DNA from: Eledone cirrhosa
Taxonomy: Eukaryota
NCBI GenBank assembly: GCA_964016885.1
Contig: OZ024741.1
Location: 118,358,001-118,422,000 of the forward strand
Reading direction: 5' to 3'
DNA: 64,000 bases
This document shows positions 28,000-42,429 of the stretch, in pieces. The notes below the pieces were generated by a model that searched no databases, was not told where the DNA came from, and saw only the letters and a list, made by a program, of their open reading frames with translations. Position numbers and translations under genes: made by a program. The first letter of the stretch is position 1. The number at the start of each line of letters is the position of its first letter.

Positions 28000-30900
28000 T
28001 CAGCATGTACCCATGGGAGGTCGGGTACCCTGTATTACTGCGTGACGCCAGAAGTCACGGTCGTGTGTCATTGACTTTGAGAGGTGTAGTTGGGTAAGGT
28101 CGGCTTTTATCACCTCATCCCAAGTCATCTTGGGTCTCCCCACTCCGCGGTTTCCATCAACTTCTAGTGCTCTGCACCTTTTTATGCAGCTGTCATCCTT
28201 CATACGCATCACATGTCCATACCAGCGTAACCGCCTCTCCTGCACGCAGCATTTGATTCCTCTTATGCTCAGTCTCTCTCTCAATTCATTTATGCTTTGT
28301 CGTTCACGTATATTACTGTTACACATCCATCGGAGCATGCAGGCTTCGTTTCTCTCTAATCTACGTAAGTCTTCCACCTTCAGCGCCCAGGTCTCACTAC
28401 CATGCAACATCGCTGTTCGGATACACGCATCATACAGTCTGCCTTTCATTCTGAGGGAGAAGCCTTTTGCAGCTAGCAGTGGTAGTAGTTCCCTAAACTT
28501 CTTCCATCCCGTTCTTACCCTAGTTATTGTACTTTCTGAGCACCCACCTCCGTTGCTAATTCGGTCACCTAGGTAGCAGAAGCTGTCTACTGTTTCTACA
28601 GGGCCCTCCCAGAGATTGGTGGTACTTGTTTCCTGTGGCTGTTTGCTTGCTGTTTCAGCACAGCTGCTGCATGTGAATCCTACATTCTTAATTAAGCTTC
28701 CTGAGATCCCGCTACATCTCTTGTGTACCCATTGTTTGCATTTGGGGCAAAGAATGGAGTTCCTACCTACACCTTTCCTACATACTGAGCAAGGCCATTT
28801 CCCTGAGGGGATCTGGGTTCTGTTTTCTCGTCTACTTATAAGGACCTTAGTCTTTGTCATGTTGACTTTGAGGCCCTTTCTCTCTAGTCCCTGCTTCCAG
28901 GTTTGGAATTTATTCTCTAGTTCTACCATAGATTCAGCTATGAGTGCGAGGTCATCAGCATACAGGAGTTCCCATGGGCATCCGGTCTTAAACTCCTCCG
29001 TTATTGCCTGCAGGACTATGATGAACAGGAGAGGGCTAAGAACAGAGCCCTGGTGGACCCCAACCTGTACGCTAAATTCCTCGCTATACTCATTGCCAAT
29101 CCTAACTTTGCTGACTGCTCCCCTATACATGGCTTGTACCGCTTTCACAAGCCATTCATCTACTCCTAGTTTTCTAAGAGCCCACCAGATTACTGCACGT
29201 GGAACTCTGTCAAAGGCTTTCTCAAGGTCGACAAATGCCAAGTAGAGTGGCTTACTTTTAGCTAGGTACTTTTCCTGTAATTGCCTCACAAGGAAGAGCG
29301 CATCAGTGGTGCCTTTCCCTGGAACAAACCCAAATTGCATCTCGTCTATATTCACCCGGTCCCTAATCAGCTGTGCTATAACTCTTTCTGTTACTTTCAT
29401 GACCTGGTCCATCAACTTTATACCTCTATAGTTTCCTCTATCTAGTGCATCGCCTTTACCTTTGTAGCAGTTGACAATGATGCTACTGCACCAATCTTTT
29501 GGTATGGCCCCCTCTAGTATTACCTGGTTAACGATACGTGTGGTTATAGTGTGACCTACAGACCCAGATGCCTTCAGCATCTCGGCAGCTATACCCGATG
29601 GACCGGTTGCCTTCCCTATCTTCATATCTCTGATTGCCTTACTTACTACGCTGCCGCTGACTTGTACTGCTGGTCCCTCTATAGGGTCTACGTGGGGTAG
29701 GGTCTCTTCTTCCCATGCATTCTCCTCATTTAGTAATCTATCATAATGACTCTTCCATGCATCTTTCTTCTCAGCACTTGTGAGGGCAAGCTCACCTTTA
29801 TCATTCCGGATACACTTCTCTCCAATGACATCACAACTATCTCTGACACACTGCCTCGCAATCTTGAATACCTCCTGTTTCTGGTCCTCACGTTGTAAAA
29901 CATGCTTGAATTTTCTATCCTCTGCTTCCCTCCTAGCTAAGTATACTTGTCGCCTAGCTTCCCTCTTGGTCTCTATGTAATGTACCCTGCTCCCCCCGTT
30001 CTTCCATTCTTTCCATGCCTGTCTCTTGGCCTTGACTGCTTCATCTACCTTATTGTTCCACCACCAAGTCACTCTCCTCCTGCTTGAGGTCTTACTCCAG
30101 CCACAAACCTCATCCGTCGCCTCTAGTAAGTTATTTTTTAGGAACTCCCAGTTCTCTTCTACGTTAAATGTCTCTATCTGTTCTTCTTTACTGTCGTAGG
30201 CGTTGAGTAAAATATCTTTAAATCTGTTACTGGTTGAGGGGACTTTCAGCTTCCAGATCTTTCTTCTCCAGGTTGGCCTCTGTTTCAGGGCTCGTCTAGT
30301 TCTGACCGTGAGGTCGCTGACAACTAAGCTATGTTGGGATGTACATTCCTCACTAGGGAAGGCTTTTGTGTTTACGACCGTCCATCTGTCACGTCCTCTG
30401 ATGAGGATAAAATCTAACTGACTAGAGTGCTCCCCTGATCTATAGGTGATCAGGTGGTTGTCGGGTTTTTTAAAGTTTGTGTTACATATCGACATGTCAT
30501 TGGCGTCGCAGAATTCTAGAAGTCTGAATCCTTCCTCATTCCTTGTGCCAACTCCATGGCCTCCATGTACTCTATTGAAGCCGTCGCAGTGTTTACCTAC
30601 GTGTCCGTTAAAATCTCCTGCAATGATTAGGAAGTCCTTGTCGTCTGTTAGAGCAGTAGTGTGTATTAGGGACTCGTAAAACCTATCCTTAAGTTCGTCT
30701 GGCAGCCCCGATTGGGGTGCGTAAGCTGATATTATTGTGGTAATTGTCTTATTCAGGACTAGTCTGAGTTTAATGATTCTTGCATTTACCCTGTACACTG
30801 AGATTACTTTATCTACCCACTTGTCAGCTAATAGTATACCTACACCACCCATCCCATCGTCATTTCCCACCCAGAAAAATTTGTAGCACTGGCTTTTTCC

Positions 30901-31119
30901 TACAAGGACTCTAGCAGACCCTCCTCTCCATCTAGTCTCTTGCACACAGCATACATCAACTTCCTTTCGCTCTAGCATTTCTACGATTTCTCCTGCTCTT
31001 CCTTTCATTGAGCCTACATTGATGGTACCAACTCGGAGTTTTGGGCATTTGTCGACACTCGTAGGGGAGGGTCTCTGGGTTGGCGCTTCACGTGGGTGCT
31101 TGGTAGCTCGCAGATTCAT
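28000..31119 (-). CDS. RTE-clade retrotransposon polyprotein, 1039 aa: APE endonuclease + reverse transcriptase with internal PHD finger
   Basis: EN motifs GTINV, VQETRW, SAYAPQ, GDFNGHVG, LDFIL, SQH; RT motifs [38 protein letters not shown]; RTE C-terminus [18 protein letters not shown]. Confidence 0.96.
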   Translation of the reverse strand: MNLRATKHPREAPTQRPSPTSVDKCPKLRVGTINVGSMKGRAGEIVEMLERKEVDVCCVQETRWRGGSARVLVGKSQCYKFFWVGNDDGMGGVGILLADKWVDKVISVYRVNARIIKLRLVLNKTITTIISAYAPQSGLPDELKDRFYESLIHTTALTDDKDFLIIAGDFNGHVGKHCDGFNRVHGGHGVGTRNEEGFRLLEFCDANDMSICNTNFKKPDNHLITYRSGEHSSQLDFILIRGRDRWTVVNTKAFPSEECTSQHSLVVSDLTVRTRRALKQRPTWRRKIWKLKVPSTSNRFKDILLNAYDSKEEQIETFNVEENWEFLKNNLLEATDEVCGWSKTSSRRRVTWWWNNKVDEAVKAKRQAWKEWKNGGSRVHYIETKREARRQVYLARREAEDRKFKHVLQREDQKQEVFKIARQCVRDSCDVIGEKCIRNDKGELALTSAEKKDAWKSHYDRLLNEENAWEEETLPHVDPIEGPAVQVSGSVVSKAIRDMKIGKATGPSGIAAEMLKASGSVGHTITTRIVNQVILEGAIPKDWCSSIIVNCYKGKGDALDRGNYRGIKLMDQVMKVTERVIAQLIRDRVNIDEMQFGFVPGKGTTDALFLVRQLQEKYLAKSKPLYLAFVDLEKAFDRVPRAVIWWALRKLGVDEWLVKAVQAMYRGAVSKVRIGNEYSEEFSVQVGVHQGSVLSPLLFIIVLQAITEEFKTGCPWELLYADDLALIAESMVELENKFQTWKQGLERKGLKVNMTKTKVLISRRENRTQIPSGKWPCSVCRKGVGRNSILCPKCKQWVHKRCSGISGSLIKNVGFTCSSCAETASKQPQETSTTNLWEGPVETVDSFCYLGDRISNGGGCSESTITRVRTGWKKFRELLPLLAAKGFSLRMKGRLYDACIRTAMLHGSETWALKVEDLRRLERNEACMLRWMCNSNIRERQSINELRERLSIRGIKCCVQERRLRWYGHVMRMKDDSCIKRCRALEVDGNRGVGRPKMTWDEVIKADLTQLHLSKSMTHDRDFWRHAVIQGTRPPMGTC

Positions 31120-31424
31120 ATTTCATCTATTGATTCAGAGTTGCTCGTGTATTCCCAGCTCATCCATCCCTAACGGTGGGAAAATTGAGGGCTAGAAGGA
31201 CAGTGGTGGTGGGGTAATGGCAGGGTGTGTTGGGATGCGCCAGAGGAGGAGAGAGTTAGTTAGGCAGGTAGTAGCAGCAGCAGCAGTGGAAATGGCATGC
31301 TAGGTTTGATTGGTCGAATAGACTATGGTGGTGTGTGGGGGTGGGGGGGAGGGAAATTGTGAGGTAGGAACTGAGGGTCGCATGGTAAATATCCAAGTTA
31401 ATACTACATCAGTAAAATTAACAA

Positions 31425-31959
31425 TAATAACGTCATGAAAAAAGCTACTAAGAGAAACCCTCGAAAATTTATCGCTAATACAGCAGGGAAAATTTAACGC
31501 TAATACAGCAGGGAACATCATAATATTAACGACATGAAAAAGCTACTAAGAGAAACCCTCGAAAATTTATCGCTAATACAGCAGGGAAAATTTAACGCTA
31601 ATACAGCAGGGAACATCATAATATTAACGACATGAAAAAGCTACTAAGAGAAACCCTCGAAAATTTATCGCTAATACAGCAGGGAAAATTTAACGCTAAT
31701 ACAGCAGGGAACATCATAATATTAACGACATGAAAAAGCTACTAAGAGAAACCCTCGAAAATTTATCGCTAATACAGCAGGGAAAATTTAACGCTAATAC
31801 AGCAGGGAACATCATAATATTAACGACATGAAAAAGCTACTAAGAGAAACCCTCGAAAATTTATCGCTAATACAGCAGGGAAAATTTAACGCTAATACAG
31901 CAGGGAACATCATAATATTAACGACATGAAAAAGCTACTAAGAGAAACCCTCGAAAATT
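31425..31959 (-). repeat. 98-bp tandem monomer array 1 (about 5.4 units)
   Basis: GACATGAAAA at 31531, 31629, 31727, 31825, 31923 (period 98); each unit holds CGCTAATACAGCAGGGAA twice. Confidence 0.97.
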
Positions 31960-31964
31960 CATTC
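31959..31964 (+). promoter_or_regulatory. Initiator-like TCATTC at the inferred 5' start of the RTE-B RNA (inverted segment)
   Basis: Matches the Inr consensus TCAKTY and lies exactly at the inversion junction; the first T belongs to array 1. Confidence 0.4.
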
Positions 31965-32090
31965 AATCTGAAAATATTGAAGAGATAAGACACTTTGCCA
32001 TTCTTCTCTGCTAAAATGTACCACTGAGCTGATTCAAATTTTCCCAGCCAGCCATCCACCTAATCTACGAAGGTATTTTAGCCTACATAT

Positions 32091-33135
32091 TGTCGTTAAT
32101 ATTATGATGTTCCCTGCTGTATTAGCGTTAAATTTTCCCTGCTGTATTAGCGATAAATTTTCGAGGGTTTCTCTTAGTAGCTTTTTCATGTCGTTAATAT
32201 TATGATGTTCCCTGCTGTATTAGCGTTAAATTTTCCCTGCTGTATTAGCGATAAATTTTCGAGGGTTTCTCTTAGTAGCTTTTTCATGTCGTTAATATTA
32301 TGATGTTCCCTGCTGTATTAGCGTTAAATTTTCCCTGCTGTATTAGCGATAAATTTTCGAGGGTTTCTCTTAGTAGCTTTTTCATGTCGTTAATATTATG
32401 ATGTTCCCTGCTGTATTAGCGTTAAATTTTCCCTGCTGTATTAGCGATAAATTTTCGAGGGTTTCTCTTAGTAGCTTTTTCATGTCGTTAATATTATGAT
32501 GTTCCCTGCTGTATTAGCGTTAAATTTTCCCTGCTGTATTAGCGATAAATTTTCGAGGGTTTCTCTTAGTAGCTTTTTCATGTCGTTAATATTATGATGT
32601 TCCCTGCTGTATTAGCGTTAAATTTTCCCTGCTGTATTAGCGATAAATTTTCGAGGGTTTCTCTTAGTAGCTTTTTCATGTCGTTAATATTATGATGTTC
32701 CCTGCTGTATTAGCGTTAAATTTTCCCTGCTGTATTAGCGATAAATTTTCGAGGGTTTCTCTTAGTAGCTTTTTCATGTCGTTAATATTATGATGTTCCC
32801 TGCTGTATTAGCGTTAAATTTTCCCTGCTGTATTAGCGATAAATTTTCGAGGGTTTCTCTTAGTAGCTTTTTCATGTCGTTAATATTATGATGTTCCCTG
32901 CTGTATTAGCGTTAAATTTTCCCTGCTGTATTAGCGATAAATTTTCGAGGGTTTCTCTTAGTAGCTTTTTCATGTCGTTAATATTATGATGTTCCCTGCT
33001 GTATTAGCGTTAAATTTTCCCTGCTGTATTAGCGATAAATTTTCGAGGGTTTCTCTTAGTAGCTTTTTCATGTCGTTAATATTATGATGTTCCCTGCTGT
33101 ATTAGCGTTAAATTTTCCCTGCTGTATTAGCGATA
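32091..33135 (+). repeat. 98-bp tandem monomer array 2 (about 10.7 units), reverse complement of array 1
   Basis: TGTCGTTAATATTATGATGTTCCC.. units, essentially invariant. Confidence 0.97.
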
Positions 33136-33385
33136 TATATGTGTATATGTATGTATGTATGTATATATATATATATATATATGTGTATATGTATGTATGT
33201 ATGTATGTATGTATATATATATATATATATATGTGTATATATATGTATGTATGTATATATATATATATATATGTATGTATATATATATATATATATGTGT
33301 ATATATATGTATGTATGTATATATATATATATATATATATGTGTATATATATGTATGTATGTATATATATATATATGTATGTATG

Positions 33386-33416
<31 letters not shown>

Positions 33417-33835
33417 ATATATATATATATATATGTGTATATATATGTATGTATATATATATATATATATGTGTATATATATGTATGTATATATATATAT
33501 ATATATATGTGTATATATATGTATGTATATATATATATATATGTGTATATATATGTATGTATATATATATATATATGTGTATATATATGTATGTATATAT
33601 ATATATATATATATATGTGTATATATATGTATGTATATATATATATATATATATATGTGTATATATTTGTATGTATATATATATATATATATATGTGTAT
33701 ATATTTGTATGTATATATATATGTGTATATATTTGTATGTATATATATATATTTATATATGTGTATATATATGTATGTATATATATATATATATATATGT
33801 ATGTATATATATATGTATGTATATATATATGTATG

Positions 33836-33868
<33 letters not shown>

Positions 33869-33924
33869 GTATGTATATATATATATATATATATGTATGT
33901 ATATATATATGTATGTATATATAT

Positions 33925-33965
<41 letters not shown>

Positions 33966-34508
33966 TGTATGTATATATATATATATATATGTGTGTATAT
34001 ATATGTATGTATATATTTATATATATATATGTGTATATGTATGTATGTATATATATATATATATATATATGTGTATATATATGTATGTATGTATATATAT
34101 ATATATATATGTGTATATATATGTATGTATGTATATATATATATATATATGTGTATATATATGTATGTATGTATATATATATATATATATGTGTATATAT
34201 ATGTATGTATGTATATATATATATATATATGTGTATATATATGTATGTATGTATATATATATATATATGTGTATATATATGTATGTATGTATATATATAT
34301 ATATGTGTATATATATGTATGTATATATATATATATATGTGTATATATATATATGTGTATATATATGTATGTATGTATGTATATATATATATATATGTGT
34401 ATATATATGTATGTATGTATACATATATGTGTGTATGTATGTATGTATATATATATATATATGTGTATATATATGTATGTATGTACACATATATGTGTGT
34501 ATGTATGT

Positions 34509-34539
<31 letters not shown>

Positions 34540-34935
34540 TATATGTATGTATGTATGTATGTATGTATATATATATATATATGTGTATATGTATGTATGT
34601 ATGTATGTATGTATATATATATATATATATATGTGTGTATGTATGTATGTATGTATGTATGTATATATATATATGTGTATATGTATGTATGTATGTATGT
34701 ATGTATATATATATATATATATATGTGTATATGTATGTATGTATGTATGTATATATATATATATATATATGTGTATATGTATGTATGTATATATATATAT
34801 ATGTGTGTATATGTATGTATGTATATATATATATATGTGTGTATATGTATGTATGTATATATATATATATATATGTGTGTATATGTATGTATGTATATAT
34901 ATATATATATATATATATCTGTATATGTATGTATG

Positions 34936-34972
<37 letters not shown>

Positions 34973-35783
34973 ATATGTATGTATGTATATATATATGTGT
35001 ATATGTATGTATGTATGTATATATATATATATGTATGTATGTATGTATGTATATATATATATATATATATGTGTGTATATGTATGTATGTATGTATATAT
35101 ATATATATATTGTGTGTATGTATGTATGTATATATATATATATGTATGTATGTATGTATATATATATATATATGTATGTATGTATGTATGTATATATATA
35201 TATGTATGTATGTATATATATATATATATGTATGTATATATATATATATGTATGTATGTATGTATGTATATATATATATATATGTGTGTATGTATGTATA
35301 TATATATATATATGTGTATATGTATGTATGTATATATATATATGTATATATATATATGTGTATATATATATATATGTATGTATATATATATATATGTGTA
35401 TATATATGTATGTGTATATGTATGTATGTATATATATATATATATATGTGTATGTATATATATATATGTGTATATATATATGTATGTATATATATATATA
35501 TATGTGTATATATATGTATGTATATATATATATATATGTGTATATATATGTATGTATATATATATATATATGTGTATATATATGTATGTATATATATATA
35601 TATATGTGTATATATATGTATGTATATATATATATATATGTGTATATATATGTATGTATATATATATATATAGATGTGTATATATATAGATGTGTATATA
35701 TATGCATGTATGTATATATATGTATATATATGTGTATATATATATATATATACATGTGTGTATATATATGTATATATATGTGT
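33136..35783. repeat. Compound (TA)n/(TATG)n microsatellite, about 2.6 kb
   Basis: Same higher-order motif as 23477-25121 and 27239-27709. Confidence 0.97.
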
Positions 35784-37640
35784 ATCATCATCAACGTTTA
35801 ACGTCCGTGTTCCACGCTTGCATGGGTTTGACGGGGGTAGTCCCACTTGAGGCAAGAGTGATTGTCTTGCTCGCATAGGACTGTCTGGCAGGTTTTCTAC
35901 AGTTGGATGCCCTTCCTAACACCAACCACATGTACAGTGTGGGTCTGGGAGGTTTTTACCGTGTTGCCTACACGGCCACATTACAGCGTGGACTGTGTGT
36001 TTTTTTGTCGTGACACCTACACGATCTCATTTGTTTCGGCCTCGATGGCGCGGCACCAACATAACTTTACATAGAACGGGGTGGTGTGGATCGGGTGGGG
36101 GTGGTGGTGGTGGGACGGGGTGTATTTTGTTAGAGATGCCTACTGGCTGTAGTAGGTTTTACTATGTATTTAGGTAAGGCGGGTCTTCTCTGTTACTGAG
36201 TACCGCCAAAGGTCTCGGTCCAGTGACATTGTCTTGGAGAGGTGTAAGTGTGTGAGGCCGGAGTTTATCAGCTCGTCCCAGGTTTTTCTAGGTCTGCCTA
36301 TTCCGTGGCTACCGGCTATCTTTATTGCCCTGCACTTTGTTATACAGCTATCGACTTTCATGCGCATCACGTGTCCATACCAACGTAGCCTTCTCTCGAG
36401 TAAACAACATCTGATCCCTCTTATTTCTAATTTTTTCCTTAGTTCGTTTATTCTTTGCCGTTCACGTATATTACTGTTTCACATCCAGCGGAGCATGCAA
36501 GCTTCGTTCCTCTCTAGTCTGCGTATAGCCTCTGCACACAATGCCCAGGTCTCACTGCCATGCAACATTGCTGTTTGTATGCAGGCATCGTACAACCTGC
36601 CTTTCATTTTTAGGGAGAACCCTTTAGCAGCTAATAGTGGTATAAGCTTTCTGAACTTTTTCCAACCAGTTCTGACTCTAGCTACTGTACTTTCAGAGCA
36701 CCCTCCCCCACTGCTGATTTTATCACCCAGGTAACGGAAGCTGTCCACTATTTCTATAGAACCCTCTGCGCAATTGAAAGAGCTAGTATTTTGTGGGCAC
36801 TTTGTGCTACTTATTGCACAAGGGCACCGGCCACATGTAAAATCTATGTTCTTAGTTAGCTTACCTGTGATCCCACTACATCTTTTATGCACCGATACTT
36901 TGCATTTAGGACATAAAATGGAGTTTCTACCTACGCCTTTCCAACACACTGAGCATGACCATTTCCCAGAAGGGACCGCCGCCTTATTTTCTTTCCTACA
37001 AACTAGAACTTTAGTCTTAGCCAGGTTAATTTTAAGTCCTTTTGATTCTAGGCCGTGCTTCCACGTTTGGAATTTCTTCTTTAGCTCGGCCATTGATTCA
37101 GCTATGAATGTCAGGTCGTCTGCGTATAGGAGTTCCCATGGGCAGCCGGTCTTGAACTCCTCTGTTATAGCCTGAAGGGCAATAATAAATAGTAGGGGGC
37201 TGAGAACAGAGCCCTGATGGACGCCAACTTTTACGCTAAACTCTTCACTATATTCGTTGTTAATTCTAACCTTGCTGACTGTTTCTTTATACATGGCTTG
37301 TATAGCTCTCACAAGCCATTCGTCAACACCTAGTTTTCTAAGAGCCCACCAGATAATGGAGCGGGGGAATCTGTCGAAGGCTTTCTCCAAGTCGACAAAA
37401 GCTAAGTAGAGGGGTTTACCTTTAGCTACGTACTTCTCCTGTAGTTGTCGTACAATGAAAAGAGCGTCTGTGGTACTTTTGCCTGACACAAACCCGAACT
37501 GCATTTCATCTAGGTCAATTCTCTCTCTGATTAGTTGCGCTATTACTTTTTCCGTGACCTTCATGACCTGGTCTATTAATTTAATGCCTCTATAGTTACT
37601 CCTATCTAGGGCGTCTCCTTTACCCTTATAACAGTTAACG
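35784..37640 (-). mobile_element. RTE-A copy A4, 5'-truncated, premature stop near 36479
   Basis: [17 protein letters not shown]; 3'UTR and tail. Confidence 0.96.
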
Positions 37641-38008
37641 TATATATATGTATATATATGTGTATATATATATATATACATGTGTATATATATATCTGTA
37701 TATATATGTGTATATATATGTATATACGTGTGTATATGTATATACATGTGTGTATATGTATATACATGTGTGTATATGTATATACATGTGTGTATATGTA
37801 TATACATGTGTGTATATGTATATACATGTGTGTATATGTATATACATGTGTGTATATGTATATACATGTGTGTATATGTATATACATGTGTGTATATGTA
37901 TATACATGTGTGTATATGTATATACATGTGTGTATATGTATATATATGTGTGTATATGTATATATATGTGTATATATGTATATATATGTGTGTATATATG
38001 TATATATA

Positions 38009-38054
<46 letters not shown>

Positions 38055-38596
38055 TACACACAATGTGTATATATATGTATATATATATATGTGTATATAT
38101 ATGTATATATATATATGTGTATATATATGTATATATATATATGTGTATATATATGTATATATATATATGTGTATATATATGTATATATATATATGTTTAT
38201 GTATATATATATATATGTATATATATATATGTTTATATATATGTATATATATATATATGTGTATATATATGTATATATATATATATGTGTATATATATGT
38301 ATATATATATATATGTGTATATATATGTATATATATATATATGTGTATATATATGTATATATATGTATATGTATATATATATGTATATATATATGTATAT
38401 ATATATGTATATATATATGTATATATATATATATGTATATATGTATATATATATGTATATATATATATGTATATATATATGTATATATATATATATGTGT
38501 ATATATGTATATATATATATGTGTGTATATATGTGTATATATATGTATATATATATATGTGTATATATATGTATATATATATGTGTATATATATGT
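37641..38596. repeat. TA/TG microsatellite including a 20-bp minisatellite (CATGTGTGTATATGTATATA, about 10 copies)
   Basis: 20-bp period visible at about 37725-37945. Confidence 0.95.
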
Positions 38597-39999
38597 ATCA
38601 TCATCATCATCATCACCGTTTTACGTCCGTTCTTCCACGCTAGCATGGGTTAGACGGGTTGTCCTGTTGTGGGCAGTGTCTGGTCGGCTGACCATGCCTT
38701 GCTCATACAGGAACTGATTTGGCTTGATTTCTACAGCTGGATGCCCTTCCTAACACCAACCTCATTTACAGTGAGTGCTGGGTGCTTTTTCGTGGCGCCT
38801 ACACGTCCAATTTACAGTGTGGGCTGGGTGCTTTTTTTTGCCGTGGCACCTCCACGACCACCTTGCGGTGGGGGGGGGGGGGGCATATTGTTTATATGCT
38901 TCAGCATGTACCCATGGGAGGTCGGGTACCCTGTATTACTGCGTGACGCCAGAAGTCACGGTCATGTGTCATTGCCTTTGAGAGGTGTAGTTGGGTAAGG
39001 TCGGCTTTTATCACCTCATCCCAAGTCATCTTGGGTCTCCCCACTCCGCGGTTTCCATCAACTTCTAGTGCTCTGCACCTTTTTATGCAGCTGTCATCCT
39101 TCATACGCATCACATGTCCATACCAGCGCAACCGCCTCTCCTGCACACAGCATTTGATTCCTCTTATGCTCAGTCTCTCTCTCAATTCATTTATGCTTTG
39201 TCGTTCACGTATATTACTATTACACATCCATCGGAGCATGCAGGCTTTGTTTCTCTCTAATCTACGTAAGTCTTCCACCTTCAGCGCCCAGGTGTCACTA
39301 CCATGTAACATTGCTGTTCGGATACACGCATCATACAGTCTGCCTTTCATTCTGAGGGAGAAGCCTTTTGCAGCTAGCAGTGGCAGTAGTTCCCTAAACT
39401 TCTTCCATCCCGTTCTTACCCTAGTTATTGTACTATCTGAACACCCACCTCTGCTGCTAATTCGGTCATCTAGGTAGCAGAAGCTGTCTACTGTTTCTAC
39501 AGAGCCCTCCCAGAGATTGGTGGTACTTGTTTCCTGTGGCTGTTTGCTGCTTGCTGTCCCAGCACAGCTGCTGCATGTGAAGCCTACATTCTTAATTAAG
39601 CTTCCTGAGATCCCGCTACATCTCTTGTGTACCCATTGTTTGCATTTGGGGCAGAGAATGGAGTTCCTACCTACACCTTTCCTACATACTGAGCAAGGCC
39701 ATTTCCCTGAGGGGATCTGGGTTCTGTTTTCTCGTCTACTTACAAGGACCTTAGTCTTTGTCATGTTGACTTTGAGACCCTTTCTTTATAGTCCCTGCTT
39801 CCAAGTTTGGAATTTATTCTCTAGTTCTACCATAGATTCAGCTATGAGTGCGAGGTCATCAGCATACAGGAGTTCCCATGGGCATCCGGTCTTAATCTCC
39901 TCCGTTATTGCCTGCAGGACTATGATGAACAGGAGGGGGCTAAGAACAGAGCCCTGGTGGACCCCAACCTGTACGCTAAATTCCTCGCTATACTCATTG
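38597..39999 (-). mobile_element. RTE-B copy, 5'-truncated
   Basis: Colinear with 27710-29096; ORF piece 38901-39764; homology stops at TACTCATTG. Confidence 0.96.
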
Positions 40000-40174
40000 T
40001 TATCCCGGACAAACCACCCACACCCGGATATGTCTCCGCAAACAGTAATTCTCTTCTCGAATGGGCCATGGTGCCCAAATCCTGAATTGAAAGACTTCGC
40101 CAGGTGGTGCTATTAAGTTAGACATGGCCTGGGCCAATACTGGCCAAAACATTTCAAAGTTATTCAAAGTTTTA

Positions 40175-42187
<2,013 letters not shown>

Positions 42188-42429
42188 AATTATAAAATTT
42201 GTGTAGTGGGTGTAATAGGTAACAACAAGAAATGAATTTACTGCTTTATATTGCATGTGTGTGTTTTACATTACATTTGTCCATTTGTAAAATTAACTCT
42301 ATTCTGACTATTTTTTCAAAGATTCTCAATCTGTTTATGCATTGTTATTCTCAAGACTCTCCAATTCCATTTAGTCAATGTCTGTGTATCTTTCCACTAC
42401 ATATATTTCTATTGATCATTCTTCCTCTT

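Larger units (their letters stand above)
27710..33135 (-). mobile_element. Full-length RTE-B LINE with monomeric 5'UTR and inverted 5' end
   Basis: GAT tail at 27710, 3'UTR, intact ORF 28000-31119, 5'UTR 31120-31425, 98-bp monomers, inverted distal segment 31960-33135. Inclusion of the arrays in the element is inferred from the precise junction. Confidence 0.85.

Noticed and set aside
28130-30679. Antisense ORFs over RTE copies
   Set aside because: Shadow frames of the RT ORF, repeated only because the elements are homologous.
31425-33135. 98-bp arrays (and the 17-bp array) as CRISPR
   Set aside because: Head-to-tail identical units with no unique spacers, no cas genes, eukaryotic context.
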